A model generated the notes under the pieces. The model did no database searches, was not told the origin of the DNA, and worked only from the letters and a program-made list of their open reading frames with translations. The translations under genes were made by a program, and so were the position numbers. This document shows, piece after piece, positions 8,314 to 14,854 of a stretch of 14,854 bases of DNA (its first letter is position 1; each line of letters starts with the position of its first letter). The DNA is from an uncultured archaeon (GTDB lineage Archaea > Thermoplasmatota > Penumbrarchaeia > JASLWR01). The stretch lies in the NCBI GenBank assembly GCA_964430885.1, contig CAYSHM010000013.1, positions 1 through 14,854 of the forward strand, read 5' to 3'.

Positions 8314-9726
8314 GTGGCATTGAGCAAATACAGTAAGATAATATCCGGTGCAGTTGTGGCAATAGTACTTCTGGGATGTATTTCTTATTTTTCTTTCGGC
8401 AGGTCTGGGGAGGAGGGCGTTCTTCTGGTTGGATTCGATCCTGACGAAGCCTATATCGATATGCTGTATCTGACAGGTATAGGACCCAGGGTTCCGGGGA
8501 CAGCCAAGGCTTTTGAAGGAGCAAAGTATGTTGAGCAGCGTTTCAATGAAGCGGGACTTGAGAATGTTGCGATAGAAGAACACTCAATAACCACCTTTGA
8601 GGTCAACAGCGCATCCATGTCCCTGATCAGCTATGGTCTCAGATACAGCGAGAAGAGATATGTTCACCTGAAGGATTTCATCCTGTACCAGTATTCGGGT
8701 TCAAGCAACGGGGAGATAACACTGGATATAGTGGATGTCGGTGACGGTAGTGAGGAAGCATTCCAGGGTGTTGATGTCATAGGAAAGGCGGTCATAACCA
8801 CCCAGCAGGCCCTTCCCCTGGCGGCCGACCACGGGGCAAGTGCCGTCATAGTCCAGAATACCCGGTCCGGTGAGATGATCAATTATCCCCCCTATTCCGG
8901 CGGTCTGTACGGCGGGGATGAGAACGGAGACAGCATACCATATCCCGATGCTAATCCCAATTCCGTGGTTCCCATCTGTTCTGTTTCAAAGGCTGTTGGA
9001 GACGAGATCAAGAACGCCATTGCCGACGCAAGAGTAATACCGCTAATCCGGCGCTCCACCGTCAGAATAAGACTGAATTTCGATACCACAATTTCCAAGA
9101 ACAATATCCAGAACGTTATCGGGGATGTTCCAGGATCGGATAAGAACGGCGGGTTCATATATTTTATCGCTCACAGGGATACAACCTACATCAATCCCGG
9201 TGCCGTGGACAATACTGTGGGAACGGTTACTATAATGGAGATTGCAAGACAGATGGCAGGGCTGAAGCTGAAGGATACCATTCGTTTCATTTCTGCAGAT
9301 GCCGAGGAGAAGGGTCTTCTGGGAGCGACAGAATATGTCAAGGCCCACGAGGAGGAAGTGAGGAGCCGGGGTATGATCTGTATTAATTTCGATATGAACG
9401 ATGTGAACCTGGATAGGGTGGATACGCTGATGCTGACCATATCAAATGAGAACTACAAACAGAGAATGATAAGCATCAGGAACCGGATGTTCGACAGCTA
9501 CCCTGAACTTGCGGAAAGGTACAAGGTGAACATCACCGACGGCGGAGGCGGACCGGATGGTGCACCATTCATGAAACGGGATATTGACGGGGCTTTTGCC
9601 ATGGGAGAATGGGGTTCATCATGGGAATACCATACCCAGTGGGACACAATCGAATACGTCAACAAGGAATCATGGATCCTGAGCGGGGTTATACTGGGTA
9701 CCCTGGCTGCAGAGATTGCCGCCTGA
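8314..9726 (+). CDS. Secreted or membrane-anchored M28-family metallo-aminopeptidase with PA domain
   Basis: AHRD, GAVDN, AEEKGLLG, NFDM and YHT metal/catalytic motifs. N-terminal hydrophobic segment containing LLGC. Start GTG 8314 (or TTG 8320), with TTAAGTA at 8285-8291. Confidence 0.9.
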   Translation: MALSKYSKIISGAVVAIVLLGCISYFSFGRSGEEGVLLVGFDPDEAYIDMLYLTGIGPRVPGTAKAFEGAKYVEQRFNEAGLENVAIEEHSITTFEVNSASMSLISYGLRYSEKRYVHLKDFILYQYSGSSNGEITLDIVDVGDGSEEAFQGVDVIGKAVITTQQALPLAADHGASAVIVQNTRSGEMINYPPYSGGLYGGDENGDSIPYPDANPNSVVPICSVSKAVGDEIKNAIADARVIPLIRRSTVRIRLNFDTTISKNNIQNVIGDVPGSDKNGGFIYFIAHRDTTYINPGAVDNTVGTVTIMEIARQMAGLKLKDTIRFISADAEEKGLLGATEYVKAHEEEVRSRGMICINFDMNDVNLDRVDTLMLTISNENYKQRMISIRNRMFDSYPELAERYKVNITDGGGGPDGAPFMKRDIDGAFAMGEWGSSWEYHTQWDTIEYVNKESWILSGVILGTLAAEIAA

Positions 9727-9758
9727 ATTTATAAATTGTGCACAATCAGATCTATTGA

Positions 9759-12512
9759 TCATTCGTCCAGGCATTCGCCTGTGATCTCGGGTATCCCCTT
9801 TTTTTTGAACTTTTTCAAGTATGCCTGCCTTCCCTTGAGCCAAAGCAAGAGGAATGTAGGCAGCACGAACACTGACACTAGGAAGGCGAATGTAACGGAG
9901 AGTGCCGTGACTTGACCGAACTGGGCCAGGGGAGGTATGATTGCCAGGGACAGCACTGCAAAACCTATCACAGTTGTCATCATTGACCCGAAGAGGGCGC
10001 TCCCCGTGTGGCTGACGGCCACGGACAGCGCGCAGAGACCGTCCCCAAGCCTTTCCTGGTCCTCAAGGAATCTCTGGGATATATGGACGCTGTAATCGAT
10101 GCCGAGACCCACTGTAATGGCCGAGATTGTCACGGTCACGACGTTCAATGGAATGCCGAAGTAGTACATCCCGCCTGTGGTCCATGCCAAAACTATGACA
10201 AGGGGAACCATTGTGACAAGACCTAATAGGAGGGTTTTTCTCATTAGGATGAATATTATAGTTAGTATCAGGAGCGACACCAGGAAAGTTACAGCAACAG
10301 ATTTGGTCTGACCTCCAGATATCGCCTCCAGAACCGCCTGTTGGACCAGTGCCCCTCCTGTGGGCGTAACCTTCTCCAGTACATCCCCCTCAAGCTCTTC
10401 CATTGGTTCTGATGCGTAAATAACCTGGTCCCTTACCTCCTCGGCTCTGGCCCCCCCTCTGCTGTTCACCGGGATCCTCACAACAAGTCCGGTGTATTCG
10501 CTTCCTTCCTTGCGAAGTACTCGTGAAGCCTGCTCACTGTCAAACTGGAACAGAGCGTCATATGCATTCTTCACGTTAGCAGAGGAAATATTGCGATCTA
10601 TTACATCGTCATAATCCAGATCCAGATTGTTGTGCCAAATAAGGGAAAAATTTGCATTATAGGTGGGCAGAGCGGGATTTGTCAATGTTGCGGCCATATC
10701 CAGGGGTGAGCCGAATGGTTCCGATGCCACAACGTCTTCCCCTTCAAGGGCTTTTTCCTTGACATCCGGTATGGCAAGAAGCACCTCGGTCTGTGCCACA
10801 TCGCCTTCGACCAGCACATATCCCTCCTCAGAGGAGAAATCGAAATCGGCAATGACCGATTTTGTCGCATCCGTTACCTCGAGACCGTCGGGAAGAAAAT
10901 CCCTGAAGTCGAATGTGGGCTCCAGCTGAAGTCCACCGTAGATACCCACTCCGGTTATTATCACCACTACAGGTATCACAATATAGGGATACTTCGATAT
11001 TCTGGCCCCATTGGAGAGTACCCTGTTGAGAGTGAAGAACCCTTGAGGTGATCGGAGTTTGGATTCGGGTATTCCGGCCTTCTCCGCCCTTTTTCTGATC
11101 CATCCTGCAAATCTTTTTTTCTTCTTTTCTTTCTTCTCCTTGAAAAGCGGTATACCTTTTCGCTCTTTCCTCCGCTCCCGCAAAGCTCGAGCAGCCGGGA
11201 CGAAGGTCATCATTATTATAAAGGCAGAAAGTATGCCTGCAGCGTTCAATATACCGAATATCCTGATGCCGGGGGAACTTGCAGTGAGATTGGAAAGGAA
11301 CCCTACCAGGGTGGTAACGGTGGCTAGGAGTATGGCGAAACCAACGGATGCTTCTGCCATGCTTATTGCTTCTGTGACCTTTTTTCCTTTTTTCACTTCC
11401 TCCCGGTATCTAAGGGTAAGGTGTATGCCGTAATCGATACCAAGGCCTATGACAAGGACGGGTACAGTTGTAAGGGACGGATTGTTCTCGAAACCCAGCA
11501 GTCCACCGGTGCCGAAAACCCAAATTATAGCTATGAAAAGGCCTATGACGTTGATGACTATCTCGAACCAGTCCCTGAACACGAATATCAGCACAAGAAT
11601 CACCATTACCAGAGCGAGTGAGAACAGCGTGCCCATGGAACTCCCTGATGCCTCGTTGATCTTTTCGTTTACAATCTCGTCGCCTATGGTTATAAGGTTC
11701 AGCCCTGAAGCTTTATCCTCCACATCCTCGGCGATGCGGTCAAGTTCTTTCTCTGTTGCAAGAGCGATCTCGGACTCCAGGTCGGCTTCTGTCGCTACAA
11801 CAAAAAGCCCCTGTTCAGCAGATGTACCACCAAGGTTAAAATCCTTCGAAAGCAGAAAATCCAGGGCAATGGCCATGGGTGCGTTCTCAGTATAAAGCAG
11901 CAGTTCCTGGGGGAAATAGGGTGTGAATTCCAGTACAAGAGGGAAAGGCAGGCAGTCGACGATTATGGTAACATTGCCACCGTTAAGAATGGCCCTTTTC
12001 TCATCTATGGAAAGGTTGAACCCCTTTGATATGAATGCGTTTATAAGCTTTTCCTGTTCCAGGCATGACAGGTTCTGGTCTTCCAGACCCATGTATTTCA
12101 TCGACTCCTGAAAAGTGCGGGTGTAGAATATGGATTGTATTACTATCTCGGCAGGAGATGTTACACCGTCAGGGTTCTCCGGGGATGCAACGACCTGCTG
12201 TCTTATATCCGATCCCAGAACCTTTTCTTCAAGGTCTATCATTGTCAGGAGGGATTCCCGAGTGAGTATGTTATTCCCACTGCCCTTTGCTTTGATGAGG
12301 ACTGTCAGCTGTCCCCTTTGGGAGCCGTAATCGTCCCTGACTCGCTGGTTGGCCCTGGAGACCTCGTCCTCCGGTGCAAATGAATCATCTTCTGATGAGA
12401 ACTGGAACTGGGATGAATAATATCCGAAGAACAAGGTCAGCAGTAGCACCGCTCCTATGGCTATCCATGGGTATTTAGATATGATCTTTCCGTATGATGA
12501 TAATATGTTCAT
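9759..12512 (-). CDS. MMPL/RND-superfamily (HAE3-like) transporter, 917 aa
   Basis: Two repeats of 1 TM + large loop + 5 TM, with GLGIDYGIHL and GLGIDYSVHI motifs; GAGGT RBS. Confidence 0.93.
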   Translation of the reverse strand: MNILSSYGKIISKYPWIAIGAVLLLTLFFGYYSSQFQFSSEDDSFAPEDEVSRANQRVRDDYGSQRGQLTVLIKAKGSGNNILTRESLLTMIDLEEKVLGSDIRQQVVASPENPDGVTSPAEIVIQSIFYTRTFQESMKYMGLEDQNLSCLEQEKLINAFISKGFNLSIDEKRAILNGGNVTIIVDCLPFPLVLEFTPYFPQELLLYTENAPMAIALDFLLSKDFNLGGTSAEQGLFVVATEADLESEIALATEKELDRIAEDVEDKASGLNLITIGDEIVNEKINEASGSSMGTLFSLALVMVILVLIFVFRDWFEIVINVIGLFIAIIWVFGTGGLLGFENNPSLTTVPVLVIGLGIDYGIHLTLRYREEVKKGKKVTEAISMAEASVGFAILLATVTTLVGFLSNLTASSPGIRIFGILNAAGILSAFIIMMTFVPAARALRERRKERKGIPLFKEKKEKKKKRFAGWIRKRAEKAGIPESKLRSPQGFFTLNRVLSNGARISKYPYIVIPVVVIITGVGIYGGLQLEPTFDFRDFLPDGLEVTDATKSVIADFDFSSEEGYVLVEGDVAQTEVLLAIPDVKEKALEGEDVVASEPFGSPLDMAATLTNPALPTYNANFSLIWHNNLDLDYDDVIDRNISSANVKNAYDALFQFDSEQASRVLRKEGSEYTGLVVRIPVNSRGGARAEEVRDQVIYASEPMEELEGDVLEKVTPTGGALVQQAVLEAISGGQTKSVAVTFLVSLLILTIIFILMRKTLLLGLVTMVPLVIVLAWTTGGMYYFGIPLNVVTVTISAITVGLGIDYSVHISQRFLEDQERLGDGLCALSVAVSHTGSALFGSMMTTVIGFAVLSLAIIPPLAQFGQVTALSVTFAFLVSVFVLPTFLLLWLKGRQAYLKKFKKKGIPEITGECLDE

Positions 12513-12530
12513 CCCGACTACCTCTAAGTG

Positions 12531-12569
12531 TGATTAATCAGGTATAATAGTATTATATTGAATTTAAAT
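12531..12569 (-). promoter_or_regulatory. Putative promoter/operator of the MMPL gene
   Basis: ATTTAAAT (12562-12569), then dyads TATAATA-G-TATTATA (12543-12557) and TGATTAATCA (12531-12540) before the RBS. Confidence 0.45.
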
Positions 12570-12582
12570 AAGGATTTTATAC

Positions 12583-13623
12583 TCAGAGCAGTTTGTATCT
12601 TAGCACAGCAGCCGCACCGCCTATGGAATCAAGTCTTTTACCGCCCTCATGGGCAGTGGATATTATCCAGTGCTGGGCTCCGGTCTCATGAGCCTTTTTA
12701 ATAAGTGCCTTGCCCCAATCCTTTCTGAAGACCGTATCAGTTAGAAGCAGTTTCTCCACCGCACCCAGTCCAAGGGCGTCAAGGACCTCCTTTCTTCCGT
12801 AGGTGACCGCCCCGTCCTTTGACAGCTCTGTGAAGAACAGATCCAGTTCCTGTGTTTCCAGTGTGACCCTGGCCTTGTTGACAAAGAGCTCCTGCATTCC
12901 GGATTTCAGCGCCTCGTATATGCCTGTGAGCCCTGCCTGGCCTGTGGCTTTTAAAAAAACGTTCTCCTTGATATGGGGCTCCTTTTCCACTGAATATCTC
13001 AGGAACTCGTCCTTTGTAAAACCTGGGCCTATTATTATTAGCGGGGTCTTCTCGGTCCTGCATTGTTGAAGCTTTGATAGGACCTCCTGAAAGAAATCCT
13101 TCTTCCCCCTTTTATCCTGTTTGTAGAATTTTCCTGATATAGTGAAATCTATCTCTGCAATGACCTTCAATCCCTGGTTCATCTGAACTACCAGAACTGC
13201 ATTGCCGTCCTCAATGGAAAGGAACAGAACATTTGGTTTTCTGGATTCCTTTACTGCACGCTGCAGTAATTCTTCCTCTTCCCTAGTCCATTCCTTGAAA
13301 AGGCTCAGTTTGGAGCCGGTTTCCAAATTGAAGGTATGGTGTGAACCCAGGTCTTGGGGTCCGTCCACTATTGTGCCAAGAAGCCTGAGGTAGGAAGAGA
13401 ATTCGGTGAACTCGGATTTTATGATCTTCAGGGTGATCATCATTACTTTCTTCTCGGTCTTCTTGTCCCTGGCAGCGTCCTTCTGTTTCTCTTGTGAACG
13501 TTTTGAGAGCATCTTGACCCTGTCGCCCGCCTTAATTAAATTGTTCAGATGCCAAAGGTCATCTTCATTATCCACCCGCAGGAAGAACATTCCCTGTTTC
13601 CGGCTGCTGCTGAGTATCTGCAT
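12583..13623 (-). CDS. pelA: Archaeal pelota (Dom34 homologue), ribosome rescue / mRNA surveillance factor
   Basis: DDLWHL..LI..GD.V, RLLGTI...GSHHTF, GPGFTK, YG..EV..AL..GAVEKLL, HEGGKRL..IGG..AVLRY. Confidence 0.96.
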   Translation of the reverse strand: MQILSSSRKQGMFFLRVDNEDDLWHLNNLIKAGDRVKMLSKRSQEKQKDAARDKKTEKKVMMITLKIIKSEFTEFSSYLRLLGTIVDGPQDLGSHHTFNLETGSKLSLFKEWTREEEELLQRAVKESRKPNVLFLSIEDGNAVLVVQMNQGLKVIAEIDFTISGKFYKQDKRGKKDFFQEVLSKLQQCRTEKTPLIIIGPGFTKDEFLRYSVEKEPHIKENVFLKATGQAGLTGIYEALKSGMQELFVNKARVTLETQELDLFFTELSKDGAVTYGRKEVLDALGLGAVEKLLLTDTVFRKDWGKALIKKAHETGAQHWIISTAHEGGKRLDSIGGAAAVLRYKLL

Positions 13624-13823
13624 TTAGTTCTGCTCCGTTTGCTCTTGGTTATTTTCTGTTTCTCTCTGTGAGATCAAATATTGTAGAGGGAATGGATGTC
13701 AATAAATATACCTGATACGGTCAATTTAGATGTATTTAAAAAATTTCATCATTTCCAAACCTTGTAGTGTGTGAAAGAATTGAAAAGATAACAATAAATA
13801 GTAACTGGATGAATATGATATTC

Positions 13824-14015
13824 ATGAACAGCACAGGCAAGCGAATTCTGGTGATAGTGATAACACTGATAGTCCTGATAGCTATTTTCTGGTATGTCCT
13901 TCCAATGCTGGGTGTGGCGGACAAAGTAGGTAGCAATTACTGGGCCTTCAGTTTAGTAGGCTCCTTTATCCTGAGCTATTTTATCAGCGGTCTGCTTTAC
14001 AAGGTGATCAAGTAA
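13824..14015 (+). CDS. Small two-TM membrane protein (63 aa)
   Basis: Two hydrophobic helices; ATAAATA at 13794-13800 lies 23 nt before ATG 13824. Confidence 0.7.
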   Translation: MNSTGKRILVIVITLIVLIAIFWYVLPMLGVADKVGSNYWAFSLVGSFILSYFISGLLYKVIK

Positions 14016-14041
14016 AGTAATGGCCTTAATGGGAATTCATA

Positions 14042-14854
14042 CTACCATTCAATTTCTTCTTCCTCATCGGAATCCCATTCTCCGCCATCGTCATCTCCCC
14101 ATTCCCCCGCTGGCTCTTCCTCTGCAGCATCGGTTGTGCTTTCCTCCTCAGCCCATTCTTCATCATCGTCATCTCCCCATTCCCCCGCTGGCTCTTCCTC
14201 TGCAGCATCGGTTGTGCTTTCCTCCTCAGCCCATTCTTCATCATCGTCATCTCCCCATTCCCCCGCTGGCTCTTCCTCCACCTTCTCTTCTACAGGTTCT
14301 TCTTCGTTTTCTTCCTGTTCCTCGTCTTTCCAATCGCCAGCTTCTTCTTCCTCATCCTCCTCTTCTACAGGTTCTTCCTCGGTCTCCTCCGCTTCCTTTT
14401 CTTCTTCGTTTTCTTCCTGTTCTTCGTCTTCCCAATCGCCAGCTTCTTCTTCCTCATCCTCCTCTTCTACAGGTTCTTCCTCGGTCTCCTCCGCTTCCTG
14501 TTCCTCGTCTTCCCAATCGCCAGCTTCTTCTTTCTCATCCTCCTCTACTCCAGTTTCTTCTTCGGCTTCCTCCTGCTCCTCTTCCTCGCTGGAATCTTCA
14601 TCTTCAGAGATCATTTCGAAAACAGCTTCACCGCTTCCTTCTTCCTCCGCCTCCTCGATTGCTTCAGTTTCCCCGTCCTCCTGTTCCTCATCGACTTCGA
14701 ATTCTTCTTCTTCCTCGTCCTCCTGTTCCTCATCGACTTCGAATTCTTCTTCTTCCTCGTCCTCCTGTTCCTCATCGACTTCGAATTCTTCTTCTTCCCC
14801 GTCCTCCTGTTCCTCATCGACTTCGAATTCTTCTTCTTCCCCGTCCTCCTGTTC
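14042..14854 (-). CDS. 3' part of an extremely acidic low-complexity tandem-repeat protein (5' end outside the window)
   Basis: The frame of the 14042-14614 ORF stays open to the window edge (...EEEEEFEVDEEQED...GSGEAVFEMISED...EEEEIEW*), so ATG 14614 is probably internal. Confidence 0.85.
   Translation of the reverse strand, partial: EQEDGEEEEFEVDEEQEDGEEEEFEVDEEQEDEEEEEFEVDEEQEDEEEEEFEVDEEQEDGETEAIEEAEEEGSGEAVFEMISEDEDSSEEEEQEEAEEETGVEEDEKEEAGDWEDEEQEAEETEEEPVEEEDEEEEAGDWEDEEQEENEEEKEAEETEEEPVEEEDEEEEAGDWKDEEQEENEEEPVEEKVEEEPAGEWGDDDDEEWAEEESTTDAAEEEPAGEWGDDDDEEWAEEESTTDAAEEEPAGEWGDDDGGEWDSDEEEEIEW
14086..14278 (-). repeat. 78-bp coding tandem repeat, about 2.5 copies (EEEPAGEWGDDDDEEWAEEESTTDAA)
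   Basis: ATTCCCCCGCTGG recurs at 14101, 14179 and 14257. Confidence 0.95.
14285..14550 (-). repeat. Imperfect 102/81-bp coding repeats (EEPVEEEDEEEEAGDWEDEEQE)
   Basis: CAATCGCCAGCTTC recurs at 14331, 14433 and 14514. Confidence 0.9.
14671..14854 (-). repeat. 42-bp coding tandem repeat, at least 4.4 copies (EEEEFEVDEEQED[E/G])
   Basis: Units start at 14671, 14713, 14755, 14797 and 14839 and differ only at CCCC/CCTC. Confidence 0.97.

Noticed and set aside
11110-11180. Polybasic, A-rich stretch in the MMPL gene as a ribosome-stall signal linked to adjacent pelota
   Set aside because: Basic cytoplasmic loops after TM helices are expected (positive-inside rule); nothing else supports a link.
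12537-12563. Xer/dif-like site ATCAGGTATAA-TAGTA-TTATATTGAAT
   Set aside because: The arms resemble dif, but the spacer is 5 bp rather than the required 6, and the position fits a promoter/operator.
14611-14817. Basic repeat ORFs (MRNRRTRKKKNSKS; also 14026-14250)
   Set aside because: Alternative-frame shadows of the acidic repeat gene.
14671-14854. CRISPR-like regular repeat
   Set aside because: Units are head-to-tail with no unique spacers, the length is a multiple of 3, and they lie in an open coding frame.

Overview
Archaeal chromosomal segment, most likely Thermoplasmatota (inference from pelota, an archaeal-type DGGGP synthase, TATA-like boxes about 22-25 nt before start codons and GGAGG/GGTGA ribosome-binding sites). 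Left: a three-gene operon of a secreted, C-terminally anchored glycoprotein, a PadR regulator and a HAAS/DUF1700 membrane protein. Middle (about 2635-8200, AT-richer by eye): a decayed gamma-glutamylcyclotransferase pseudogene, DGGGP synthase, a small membrane protein, a pyridoxamine 5'-phosphate oxidase-like protein, a cysteine hydrolase, a cupin, a nonsense-interrupted hypothetical gene, a DUF3795 Cys-rich protein and a parvulin PPIase. Right: a PA-domain M28 peptidase, an MMPL/RND transporter, pelota, a small membrane protein and the 3' end of an extremely acidic Trp-punctuated tandem-repeat protein that runs off the window. I found no tRNA, rRNA, CRISPR array or transposase. The best candidates for something undescribed are the surface protein-PadR-HAAS operon, the acidic repeat protein and a possible uORF abutting pelota; all three are hypotheses, not demonstrated systems. 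Family assignments are from recognised motifs, not database searches.
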